A DNA stretch of 64,000 bases from a virus. Taxonomy: Duplodnaviria > Caudoviricetes. The position numbers were made by a program, and so were the translations under genes. The notes under the pieces were generated by a model. That model was not told the origin of the DNA, did no database searches, and worked only from the letters and a program-made list of their open reading frames with translations. Each line of letters starts with the position of its first letter. The stretch's first letter is position 1. Below are positions 1 to 8,179 of this stretch, in pieces. Where the stretch lies: positions 24,718-88,717 of IMG/VR virus record IMGVR_UViG_3300028805_000089. One strand, 5' to 3'.

Positions 1-1
1 G

Positions 2-415
2 GACCGTCTCAAGCCCCGCCTGCGTACCCGCAAAAACGCCTGGCGGCAGTTCCGGATGATCGAATCCTGCGCTGACAAACTCCTGATGCAGCTTTACGAC
101 ACGCTGCCCAACTCCACGATGGACCGCATCATCGCCGGAGCAAACTCCCTTGAAATTCGCATCTGCCCTAAATCCGTTCGCCGTCCGGAGGAATACACCA
201 TGTTCAAGACCTCGGACCTTATCACGCTCATGAAGGCCGTCGGCGCGGGGGAGTGTGCTATGTGTCTCGGTGACCGGCAGACCGCAAACGCTTGTCCGCT
301 CCGCAGGATCATCAAGGATTACTACGCTCCGGATTGTCCACCGTCGCGCTTTGGAAACTGCCCCTATGCGGGCGGCGCTCTGGAAGCGGCGATGGAACAG
401 GCCGCGAACGAATGA
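2..415 (+). CDS. hypothetical protein, 5'-truncated by the window edge, Cys-rich C-terminus
   Basis: Frame is open from base 2 (DRLKPRLRTRKNAW...) to TGA; CxxC and CP motifs. Confidence 0.7.
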   Translation, partial: DRLKPRLRTRKNAWRQFRMIESCADKLLMQLYDTLPNSTMDRIIAGANSLEIRICPKSVRRPEEYTMFKTSDLITLMKAVGAGECAMCLGDRQTANACPLRRIIKDYYAPDCPPSRFGNCPYAGGALEAAMEQAANE

Positions 416-425
416 GGTGACCCTG

Positions 426-773
426 ATGAAAAACGCCCGCGCCTATAAGACCGGGACCATGCGTTCCATGTTTGGTCCCGGCCCGGACGGGGAGATATGC
501 AAATCATGTGCGCACCTCGTTTACCTCCAGTATAGCAAACGCTATTACAAGTGCCGTGCCTACGGAACCTCCTCCTCTGAATCCACCGACTGGAGCTGCA
601 CCTGGCCCGCCTGCGGCCTGTTCACATACGACGAGGAAGCGCCGCTACCGCCCGGATTCATCCCCGTTGTCGAATCCCGTAAACACGCCCCGCGCCCGAA
701 GAAAATGGAACCGGAACTTCCGGGCCAGATCGATATGGAAGAACTGATGAAAGGATGTGAAGACAATGCCTGA
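426..773 (+). CDS. hypothetical Cys-rich (Zn-binding) protein
   Basis: GAGGTG RBS then ATG 426; CKSC...CRAY...WPAC pattern. Confidence 0.75.
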   Translation: MKNARAYKTGTMRSMFGPGPDGEICKSCAHLVYLQYSKRYYKCRAYGTSSSESTDWSCTWPACGLFTYDEEAPLPPGFIPVVESRKHAPRPKKMEPELPGQIDMEELMKGCEDNA

Positions 774-1086
774 ATACATCGCCAAGGAACGCGCAATGGA
801 CTGCGTCTACGAAGCTATTAAAGCCACGGACGCGAACGCGCAGGATTTGTACGCGATCCGCAGGAAGATTGCGAAGGAACCCGGTATCGGCTGGGTGAGC
901 GTTGACGACGTGTTACCAGAGGAAGATACGGACGTTATGGTCTGGAATGGTTGTGGGATGGAAATAGCGGCCTATACAACAAATCCGGCTAAACGATGGT
1001 ATACATATACAGGGCAAAAGGTGTTTGTTGAATATTGGATGCCCCTCCCGGAACCGCCGAAGGAGGAAGACCATGAGACCGATTGA
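766..1086 (+). CDS. DUF551-family phage protein
   Basis: WVSVDDVLP...VEYWMPLPEPP signature. Confidence 0.8.
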   Translation: MPEYIAKERAMDCVYEAIKATDANAQDLYAIRRKIAKEPGIGWVSVDDVLPEEDTDVMVWNGCGMEIAAYTTNPAKRWYTYTGQKVFVEYWMPLPEPPKEEDHETD

Positions 1087-1405
1087 TGCTGATGTATTAA
1101 AGCAAGATTTGACGCGCTTTTATGATGGCGAAGTGACGGCTAAAGAATTGATTGACGCGCAACCAACCGTTGGCTGCTGGGTCTCGGTCGGGGACAGGAT
1201 GCCAGAAGAAAGGCCCGGGCGGTTTGAGGGGGAAATGGAATCCGATTTCGTCCTGTGCTGTGCAAAATCGGAAGAAGAAACGATAATTGATATAGGCTAT
1301 ACGGTTAATGGTGAGTGGGAATGTGAAAGCGGTTATGTTAATGATTGTTGCGAAGTTACTCATTGGATGCCGCTTCCCGCGCCGCCGGAGGAGGACGAGA
1401 AATGA
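1073..1405 (+). CDS. DUF551-family phage protein
   Basis: MRPIDAD N-terminus; WVSVGDRMP...VTHWMPLPAPP. Confidence 0.8.
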   Translation: MRPIDADVLKQDLTRFYDGEVTAKELIDAQPTVGCWVSVGDRMPEERPGRFEGEMESDFVLCCAKSEEETIIDIGYTVNGEWECESGYVNDCCEVTHWMPLPAPPEEDEK

Positions 1406-1755
1406 GACTGATTGATGCAGACGCGCTGGAGCGTGTGATTATGATGATGCCTTATGAAGAACTGTGCGCGGATTGTTGTTATAACGTACTTACGAAACTG
1501 GACGATGCTCCGACCGTTATCGGCTGGGTCAGCGTACAGGAAAGACTGCCGGAGAAGAGCGGATGGTATCTGGTATCACTTGTAAATACATGCACGGGAC
1601 ACAGATGGGAAGTGCCAGTACCTGCTGACTACAGCCACGGAGAGTGGGATTACGCATATGTCGGAGGAAAGGATGCTACTTGGATGCTGAATAACATGGT
1701 AACCCATTGGATGCCGCGCCTGGAACCGCCAGAGGAGGTAAACGAGGATGCCTGA
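1402..1755 (+). CDS. DUF551-family phage protein
   Basis: MRLIDAD N-terminus; WVSVQERLP...VTHWMPRLEPP. Confidence 0.8.
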   Translation: MRLIDADALERVIMMMPYEELCADCCYNVLTKLDDAPTVIGWVSVQERLPEKSGWYLVSLVNTCTGHRWEVPVPADYSHGEWDYAYVGGKDATWMLNNMVTHWMPRLEPPEEVNEDA

Positions 1756-2065
1756 CAGGGAGAAAGTGATAAAGGGCTTAGGGTGCTGTAGCGCGATGAG
1801 TGGTGATGAATGCCGAAGGTGCCCATATAGTTCAGAATGTCTTGACGAGTATTTCCCGGTTGGTATGTCACATCTTGCTAATGACGCACTGGAACTGCTT
1901 AAGGAGCAGGAACAAGAAATAAGTCGATTGAAACACCACGTGGATTGTGACACTGCAGAAAAACTACTGTCTGGATGTGTTGGCTACGGGAGAGGGCTTA
2001 ATGACGATGAACCGTGCGAAACGTGCAAAGCGTGCGAAAAATACAATGGATATGGCGAAGAGTAA
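1748..2065 (+). CDS. small Cys-rich phage protein (REKVIKGL family)
   Basis: MPDREKVIKGL N-terminus is identical to that of the gene at 59466-59741; multiple Cys pairs. Confidence 0.75.
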   Translation: MPDREKVIKGLGCCSAMSGDECRRCPYSSECLDEYFPVGMSHLANDALELLKEQEQEISRLKHHVDCDTAEKLLSGCVGYGRGLNDDEPCETCKACEKYNGYGEE

Positions 2066-2080
2066 AGGCGGTGAAGTGGA

Positions 2081-2236
2081 ATGATGGTGACTGACCACGA
2101 CAAATGTGAAAAAACATGTTTTACTTGTTCAAACGCTTTTGTTGACGAAGACCAATATCATGATACATATCTTTGCTGTGTGTTGAGAGATGGTGAAGTT
2201 GTAGAGGACAATGATAGTTGTGACGATTGGAATTAA
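2081..2236 (+). CDS. small Cys-rich hypothetical protein (51 aa)
   Basis: ATG 2081 to TAA; MMVTDHDKCEKTCFTC...SCDDWN; fills the gap between neighbours. Confidence 0.6.
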   Translation: MMVTDHDKCEKTCFTCSNAFVDEDQYHDTYLCCVLRDGEVVEDNDSCDDWN

Positions 2237-2253
2237 AGGAGAGAAATAATAAC

Positions 2254-2517
2254 ATGTTTAACTCGCGTGAGATTATCAAGGTCGTCGATCAATTGATTGG
2301 CCCCACGACCACCGTTGGCAGTTCAGCCTTTGATAAAGAAATCGATAACAATCTGAAAAATCTGATCGACCTTGTGAACTGGGCCTTGGACGGCATTGCC
2401 GACAGCGCAAGGACGCGCCATCGCTTTGAAACAAGCATGAGGATCACAGGCGAACGTGCGTTTTCCGCGCTGTGTGAATGGAAGGACTGGATTGAAACAA
2501 CGATAAATCTCGATTGA
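2254..2517 (+). CDS. hypothetical protein
   Basis: AAGGAG RBS, ATG 2254, ORF ends in TGA. Confidence 0.7.
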   Translation: MFNSREIIKVVDQLIGPTTTVGSSAFDKEIDNNLKNLIDLVNWALDGIADSARTRHRFETSMRITGERAFSALCEWKDWIETTINLD

Positions 2518-2569
2518 TTGTTTCATGTGAAACAACTGCGCAACTTACGCAAAAAAGGAGAGTGTTGAA

Positions 2570-2950
2570 ATGGGCTGGGGATACTATATCGACGCCCGAA
2601 AGAACCACGGCACACCAAACGAGCAGCGCCGCGAACTCGTCGACTGGCACAAGTTTGACGAACTCTATGCCAACATCCGGCACATCGTCCGCTACGAGGC
2701 CCCGGACGCTTCCGCGTCACCGGACGGTAAACTCCCCCCGGAAAAAGTCCTCACCAAAGATCAGCTTATCGACATCCTGCACGAACTTGAGCGCCTCCCG
2801 GATTACTGGGCCGACTACGAAGGCGAAGTTCTCGTCCCCGGCGTCCGATCCACCAACGGTTTCAAAACTGTCGAGCGGCTCTGCGAGATCATCTGCCAGT
2901 ACGACCTGATTACCGAAGAAGGGTGGGAAATCGTTTTCTATTATGGATAA
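2570..2950 (+). CDS. hypothetical protein
   Basis: AAGGAGAG RBS; 126 aa ORF with GC3-rich codon use. Confidence 0.75.
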   Translation: MGWGYYIDARKNHGTPNEQRRELVDWHKFDELYANIRHIVRYEAPDASASPDGKLPPEKVLTKDQLIDILHELERLPDYWADYEGEVLVPGVRSTNGFKTVERLCEIICQYDLITEEGWEIVFYYG

Positions 2951-3188
2951 CGCTAATCTTCCCGATCCGGTCAAGGTCTTCGACACCCTCAAACGTCACG
3001 CTGGCGCTTACGATTACGGCTGCTGGAATCATCACGACGGCGAGATATACGATAAATGCCCCTATTTCGGGTCAGACCATTGCGTTATGGATTCCTGCGC
3101 CGACGCCGTCACCGTTCTCAAAATCCTTCTTGCCAACCAGAGCGAATCCTCACCGTATTACAACGTCAAACTCCCATCAACATCTTAA
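2943..3188 (+). CDS. hypothetical protein
   Basis: Overlaps the upstream stop; 81 aa, KCPY..C motif. Confidence 0.65.
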   Translation: MDNANLPDPVKVFDTLKRHAGAYDYGCWNHHDGEIYDKCPYFGSDHCVMDSCADAVTVLKILLANQSESSPYYNVKLPSTS

Positions 3189-3250
3189 CCATTCCAAAAC
3201 TCCACTCTCCACTCTTCACTCTCCACTCTTACCGACATAAGGAGGCCCAT

Positions 3251-3595
3251 ATGTCCGGAGGACACTTCAACTACGCGAATAATTCACTTAAGCAGGAAAT
3301 CTTCCCCTATTCCTGGACCGGAACCCGCGACCCCCGCGACGATCCCTTCCACGACCTTGAAGTCTCAGACCTTGTCTTCGATGTATTCAATATGATCCAT
3401 GACCTGGATTATTACGAGTCCGGCGATTACGGCGAAGGGACTTACCGCAAGGAAATCACCGTCTTCAAGGAAAAGTGGTTTGGCAAAGGCAGCCGCGCAA
3501 AGCGCATGACCAAATACATCGACGAATCCATCGCCGCCCTTCGCGCCGACCTGATCGCGATGGTCACCGGCCAGCCCACATCGGAGGAACACTAA
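3251..3595 (+). CDS. hypothetical phage protein
   Basis: AAGGAGG RBS, MSGGHFNY start. Confidence 0.75.
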   Translation: MSGGHFNYANNSLKQEIFPYSWTGTRDPRDDPFHDLEVSDLVFDVFNMIHDLDYYESGDYGEGTYRKEITVFKEKWFGKGSRAKRMTKYIDESIAALRADLIAMVTGQPTSEEH

Positions 3596-4014
3596 TGGAA
3601 TACAAATACCGTCTCACTGCCCGCCCCGTCGTTCCCTCCATCCTCCCGCCCGGAGGACTCATCCGTGCCGACCTCTGCTTTGATAAGCCATGCCCGAATT
3701 CCGGCTGGGGCGTCACAGTCTACGACAGGCCCCTTACCGAAGAGGAAGCGAAGGAATACCACCTGGATATCATCTCCGGTCCCCAGCCCAGGCCGAAGCA
3801 CCCGAAGGGGGTCATCCTGCACAACCGCGCCAAGTGCCTTGCCTGCGGTGATATCCTCGAATCGACATCTGTACATGATTTTGTCACATGCTCCTGCGGC
3901 AACGTCTCCGTTGACGGCGGTCACGATTACCTCAAGCGTTCCGTCAAAGACTGGTCAAAATATCAGGACCTGTCCGTTACGATTTTCCCCCAGCTTTCCG
4001 AACCAGAAGATTAA
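3595..4014 (+). CDS. two-domain protein: DarA_C-like N-terminus plus Zn-ribbon (NRAKCLACGDILES...CSCGNVSVDGG)
   Basis: YKYRLTARP...GWGVTVYDRPLTEEEAKEY resembles the DarA C-terminal family; the C-terminal domain is shared with the HNH gene. Confidence 0.6.
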   Translation: MEYKYRLTARPVVPSILPPGGLIRADLCFDKPCPNSGWGVTVYDRPLTEEEAKEYHLDIISGPQPRPKHPKGVILHNRAKCLACGDILESTSVHDFVTCSCGNVSVDGGHDYLKRSVKDWSKYQDLSVTIFPQLSEPED

Positions 4015-4030
4015 GGAGGCCCGACCGACT

Positions 4031-4363
4031 TTGTCCAGACCGAAGAAAGATCCCTATGTCGTTTCCAAAGCGACGTGCAAAGGGTGCATCCATTACGCGC
4101 CCCTGGCCGACTGCTCCATTTCATCCACCTGGTGCTGCACCTACATCCTGGATACGGGGCATCGCCGCCCGGAAGGGGAGACCTGCGCGGAATGCTCCGT
4201 CAAGGAAATCCGCGAAGGCCCGCGCCAGCCGCGCCGCGTCCAGATACACATCGAAAAATCCACGTCGCCCTTCAGCCAATGCGACCGTAGCGAATACTCG
4301 TCCAATGAGATCGTCAACTCGTCCACGCAAACCATCAAATCCATCATGGAGGGAAAACTGTGA
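4031..4363 (+). CDS. Cys-rich hypothetical protein
   Basis: AAGGAGG RBS then TTG 4031; CKGC, CC and CAEC motifs. Confidence 0.65.
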   Translation: MSRPKKDPYVVSKATCKGCIHYAPLADCSISSTWCCTYILDTGHRRPEGETCAECSVKEIREGPRQPRRVQIHIEKSTSPFSQCDRSEYSSNEIVNSSTQTIKSIMEGKL

Positions 4364-4818
4364 AGAAGGTTTACTGTGATATCTGCGGCGGTCTGATCCA
4401 CCGCGATGCCGCACCCCACCGTCTCATCCTGCCCACCTGGAACATGATCACCCACACCGTTGAAGTGAAGGAATACCCGGATGTCTGCGATTCCTGCGCG
4501 GAGGATATTTCCGTTTATATTGCTGCAATATTCAACCACGCGTCGGAACAGACCGTCCCGGAGCAGGACGAATCCACCGCCGTCGAATGGCACCCGGTTT
4601 CCGAATGCCCTCCCGCCGCCGGTCGCTACCTTGTCGCGGATACCCGTCTCAACGTATCAGGCCGTCCCCACGTCAGCATCGCCATGTATGATGACGACGA
4701 ATGGGCCACCAACGCCCTGATCCATCCGGAGGATATCATCTGCTGGACGGACATTCCGGAAACGCCGGATCGTTTCTTCAAGGAGAAAGATTTGATTGAG
4801 GAAGACGACGAGCAGTAA
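4360..4818 (+). CDS. Zn-finger plus DUF551-like protein
   Basis: CDICG...CDSC N-terminus; WHPVSECPP...ICWTDIPETP. Confidence 0.7.
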   Translation: MKKVYCDICGGLIHRDAAPHRLILPTWNMITHTVEVKEYPDVCDSCAEDISVYIAAIFNHASEQTVPEQDESTAVEWHPVSECPPAAGRYLVADTRLNVSGRPHVSIAMYDDDEWATNALIHPEDIICWTDIPETPDRFFKEKDLIEEDDEQ

Positions 4819-5086
4819 AGACGAATCGCCCTGGCACGATGTCACGGAATCCCTTCCGCCGTCGCCCGGTCTGTATTTCTGCCTTGTCTGTTTCCGTCCC
4901 ATTGCCGGGGACCACGCGTCCCCGGCCCTTTTTCCGGATGTCCAGCGTTTCCTGCCGGATGAGGACCCGCCCCGCTTTTCCGGCGAGACCCTTCACGGCC
5001 TCCGCGTCCGTTACTGGATGCACATCCCCCCGCTTGCTGTTCCACTTTACCTCGAACGCCCCGAATCCGAACTCTTCCCAAAGTAA
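4796..5086 (+). CDS. DUF551-like protein
   Basis: WHDVTESLPP...VRYWMHIPP; AAGGAG RBS before TTG. Confidence 0.65.
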   Translation: MRKTTSSKDESPWHDVTESLPPSPGLYFCLVCFRPIAGDHASPALFPDVQRFLPDEDPPRFSGETLHGLRVRYWMHIPPLAVPLYLERPESELFPK

Positions 5087-5184
5087 CAGGGGACGGTTCC
5101 ACAAAGTAACAGGGGACGGCTCCCTGTTCCACGCCCACTTTATAAAGTAACAGGGGACGGCTCCCTGTTCCACGCCCACTTTAT
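5081..5184 (+). repeat. tandem 41-bp repeat containing the AGGGGACGG motif (two full copies and one partial)
   Basis: aaagtaacaggggacggctccctgttccacgcccactttat is repeated directly with no spacer. Confidence 0.85.
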
Positions 5185-5216
5185 TAATTCCAAAACGCAG
5201 CCTTTCCCATACCCCA

Positions 5217-5225
5217 TGTTATAAT
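5217..5225 (+). promoter_or_regulatory. extended -10 promoter (TGnTATAAT)
   Basis: tgttataat in an AT-rich gap about 55 nt before ATG 5281; no clear -35. Confidence 0.55.
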
Positions 5226-5280
5226 ATTCCTATAGTGTAACCATTGTAACCTTCGACCTATTAAAGGAGACTAACTGCTT

Positions 5281-5751
5281 ATGGAACGAGACGAATGGGA
5301 AGACTTTATCAACTTTGTAGACGGAATCATCAAAGGCAAATCGGACAAACCCGATCCTCCCGCGCCCAAACCGGATTTGAAAACCACCCCCTCCGGCGAC
5401 GATAAGCCCGTCAAGGTCAACATGTCCCCGGACGGCAAGTATACCACCCAGACCTACGCCAAGCGGGAACAGCCGAAGCACGGCGAACACCTCCCGCGCT
5501 ACGTCGGCAAAGTCCGGTGTATCGACTCTGCCGGTGACCGCTGCCAGCTTTTCGTCCGCGTGGACGATCCGGAGGAAGGCAGCCCGTCAAACCGCTCCAT
5601 CATTCATATCGGATTCGCCATGGACGGCGATGCCGAAGGCCCGGACGATTATTATTTGGATATCACCTCGGAACAGTCGCTTGCCCTTCGAAGCATGCTC
5701 GAACAGGCAGAGTATTACACCATTATCGGCGACGTTAACGACGTGGAGTGA
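5281..5751 (+). CDS. hypothetical protein
   Basis: AAAGGAG RBS; 156 aa ORF. Confidence 0.75.
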   Translation: MERDEWEDFINFVDGIIKGKSDKPDPPAPKPDLKTTPSGDDKPVKVNMSPDGKYTTQTYAKREQPKHGEHLPRYVGKVRCIDSAGDRCQLFVRVDDPEEGSPSNRSIIHIGFAMDGDAEGPDDYYLDITSEQSLALRSMLEQAEYYTIIGDVNDVE

Positions 5752-6242
5752 CCGCCATGCTGATCTTCGCCATCGATCCCGGTTCCACCCAGTCGGCCTA
5801 TTGCATGATGGGGGAGGACGCGCTTCCGATTTCCTTCGACAAGCGCCCGAACGAAGACCTCATCGCGCTTCTCCGCAACTACGGCAAAAGCCGCCCCACC
5901 GTGGTCATCGAACGCGTCGCGTCCTACGGCATGCCCGTCGGGCGCGAGGTCTTCGACACTTGCGAATGGATCGGGCGTTACACCCAGGTTGCCAAGGACC
6001 TTGCCCTCGACGTGGAATACATCCTCCGTCAGGAAGAAAAACTCCACATCTGCAAATCCCCCAAGGCCAACGACGCCACCATCCGCAAAGCGCTCATCGA
6101 CCGCTTCGCAAAGCACGATTTCAAAACCGGGAAAGGCAATTCCCATAATCCGGATTTCTTTTACAACTTTAGAGCAGACATCTGGGCAGCATTCAGTATA
6201 GGGGTAACCCATTTAAATAAAAAGGGGATGATCGAACTATAA
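5748..6242 (+). CDS. RuvC-like Holliday junction resolvase
   Basis: AIDPG, VVIE and DIWAAFSIG catalytic-motif pattern. Confidence 0.75.
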   Translation: MTAMLIFAIDPGSTQSAYCMMGEDALPISFDKRPNEDLIALLRNYGKSRPTVVIERVASYGMPVGREVFDTCEWIGRYTQVAKDLALDVEYILRQEEKLHICKSPKANDATIRKALIDRFAKHDFKTGKGNSHNPDFFYNFRADIWAAFSIGVTHLNKKGMIEL

Positions 6243-7150
6243 GCGCACCGATTATAAAAGACGAAGTAGGGAAAAAATACGGAAGATTGACCGTGCTTGA
6301 GTATGCAGGAATGAACGACCGACATAATGCTCTGTTTTTATGTCAGTGCGAATGTGGTGGGCAGAAAATAGCAACTGGGTCTGGATTGCGCGATGGGACT
6401 ATAAAAAGTTGTGGATGTCTTCGGAAAGAAAAAAACATTCAAAACATAACAGGATACAATCAAAGCGGCGCTAACATTACGCACGGAAAAACGAAAACAC
6501 GTTTATATACCATTTGGCGTGCAATGAAGAGGAGATGCTATCAGAAGAACGCTACTAATTATTATAGATATGGTGGTAGAGGAATTGAAGTCTGTGATGA
6601 ATGGCGCAACAATTTTCAAGAATTTTATGATTGGTCTCAGGCAAACGGATATAATGACGCATTGACAATCGACCGCATAGACAACGATAAAGGATATTCG
6701 CCGGATAATTGCAGATGGACAACACAAAAAGAACAAGTTAAAAACCGTTCTGTAACTATAATGTATACACACAATGGAGAAACTAAGCCTCTAATCGATT
6801 GGGCCAATAAGTATAATGTACCGGAACGTCTTGCTTACGAAAGGTATCAAAAGGGCCTGAAGCATGAATCCATTTTTCGCGAATATTATGGGTTGCCAGA
6901 CGATATTACCGGAAACCAGATGGGAGTATACATTTGCTACGATCCAAGTGTCCGTATTGTTCGGAACAGAATCAAGTGTGTACATTGTGGCGCAATTATC
7001 GAATCCAAAAATCTGTATGGCGAAAAATGGTGTCCATGCAGAAGTGTTGTAATCGATGGCGGCACATCGGTTCTAAAGCGGTCTTTTCTTAATTCAATGT
7101 CTGATTATATCGAACTCTCAGAGACAAAAGCAAATGAGGAAAAGACATAA
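6239..7150 (+). CDS. HNH (homing-type) endonuclease with a C-terminal Zn-ribbon domain; start codon uncertain
   Basis: GKKYGRLTV, CQCECG, SCGC, TIDRIDNDKGYSPDNCRW; AT-rich; conserved N-terminal motif lies upstream of the first TTG (6287). Confidence 0.8.
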   Translation: MSAPIIKDEVGKKYGRLTVLEYAGMNDRHNALFLCQCECGGQKIATGSGLRDGTIKSCGCLRKEKNIQNITGYNQSGANITHGKTKTRLYTIWRAMKRRCYQKNATNYYRYGGRGIEVCDEWRNNFQEFYDWSQANGYNDALTIDRIDNDKGYSPDNCRWTTQKEQVKNRSVTIMYTHNGETKPLIDWANKYNVPERLAYERYQKGLKHESIFREYYGLPDDITGNQMGVYICYDPSVRIVRNRIKCVHCGAIIESKNLYGEKWCPCRSVVIDGGTSVLKRSFLNSMSDYIELSETKANEEKT

Positions 7151-7183
7151 CGGGGGACAGTTCTTTGTTCCTCCGTCCAACGC

Positions 7184-7255
7184 GGGCATATAGCACAGAG
7201 GTAAGTGCGGTGGCCTTATAAGCCATTCATCATGGTTCGACTCCATGTATGCCTA
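7184..7255 (+). tRNA. tRNA-Ile(UAU)
   Basis: GGGCATA/TATGCCT acceptor, GCAC/GTGC D stem, GTGGC-CT TAT AA-GCCAT anticodon arm, CATGG-TTCGACT-CCATG T arm. Confidence 0.85.
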
Positions 7256-7258
7256 TCC

Positions 7259-7339
7259 GCCAACGTAGCGCAACCGGCAGCGCATCGGCCCTGTAATCCG
7301 GACCGGAGGTTGCGGGTTCAACTCCCGCCGTTGGCTCCA
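7259..7339 (+). tRNA. tRNA-Thr(UGU), atypical (C33, enlarged variable loop)
   Basis: GCCAACG/CGTTGGC acceptor, encoded CCA, anticodon loop CC TGT AA, GCGGG-TTCAACT-CCCGC T arm. Confidence 0.7.
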
Positions 7340-7414
7340 GCCAGCATAGTTCAGCGGCAGAACATCGGTTTTGTAAACAGGGTGTCGTGGGTTCAAATCC
7401 CTCTGCTGGCTCCA
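7340..7414 (+). tRNA. tRNA-Thr(UGU)
   Basis: GCCAGCA/TGCTGGC acceptor, loop TT TGT AA, encoded CCA; one anticodon-stem and one T-stem mismatch. Confidence 0.75.
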
Positions 7415-7544
7415 AGACCATCATACGCAGCAATCAGGCGTATGAAAAAAACCGGTCAGCGGCATGACGGCGCGTGATTGCCACGCCGTCCTGTCACGAT
7501 GCGGTCAGGACCGTGGAGTGGTTACAATTCACCGCATCATTCAT

Positions 7545-7792
7545 ATCGGCGTGGCGGAATAGACATCCATCACTCCCACGGGAAGTAAACAGGGACGCGG
7601 CTTCCGGTTAAATACACCTGATGAACAGGGGCGCGGGTCACGGATGGTAAAGGTCTCGATGAACTTCGGGCCAATAGTAGACGCATAGTAAGCGGCCCTG
7701 GCCGAACAGGCTGCGCTTTAGAGGGTGCGTAATCCCGTACGAGACGCATTAGCCTGGTGCGTTATGCGGGGTGCAAATCCCCGCCGCCGATC
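7545..7792 (+). ncRNA. expanded tRNA-like structured RNA (about 250 nt)
   Basis: ATCGGCG/CGCCGAT acceptor, Leu-like TGGCGGAAT...GTAGACGC D arm split by an insert, GCGGGG-TGCAAAT-CCCCGC T arm, several internal hairpins. Confidence 0.55.
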
Positions 7793-7855
7793 TTCAAACC
7801 AATTACATCTTCACTCTTCACTCTCCACTCTTCACTCTTGAAAGGACGGTGACTC

Positions 7856-8179
7856 ATTATCTCCCGCGATTACGAAACCTCCGTTACCTACACCTCGACC
7901 ACCGCGTTCTTCTCTTCCGACGAAAAGCGCTGGATCAACCGCATCCGAAAACTCAAGGAATCCAATCCGGACAAAGTCCATATCCTTGAAGAACCGGAGA
8001 ACAACGACGGCTGCATATACGCAACCGTCCCAAGTAACTGGTTGAAAATCGCCCCGCCCCGTCAGCTTTCCTACACGGACGAGCAACGGGAAGCGATGGG
8101 CGAACGCCTCAAAAACTACCGCAAAACCAAAGCTGAGTTGAACGATCCCGACGGGGAACAGGAGGATGATGACGAATGA
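7856..8179 (+). CDS. conserved-looking phage hypothetical protein, probable ATT start
   Basis: 107-codon open frame (ISRDYETSVT...NWLKIAPP...) with GC3-rich codons, no ATG/GTG/TTG near its 5' end; AAAGGA lies 9 nt before ATT. Confidence 0.6.
   Translation: MISRDYETSVTYTSTTAFFSSDEKRWINRIRKLKESNPDKVHILEEPENNDGCIYATVPSNWLKIAPPRQLSYTDEQREAMGERLKNYRKTKAELNDPDGEQEDDDE

Noticed and set aside
4808-4810. ACG near-cognate start for the gene at 4796-5086
   Set aside because: An in-frame TTG at 4796 has a well-spaced AAGGAG RBS.
5081-5184. Possible mini-CRISPR array
   Set aside because: The repeats are directly adjacent with no unique spacers, and no cas genes are visible.
7259-7339. Reading this tRNA as Tyr(GUA)
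   Set aside because: That register destroys the anticodon stem, and the GCC start with T discriminator fits Thr.
7618-7624. CTGATGA hammerhead ribozyme core
   Set aside because: No correctly placed GAAA or stem II/III found; better explained as part of the CCTG-ATGAA-CAGG hairpin.
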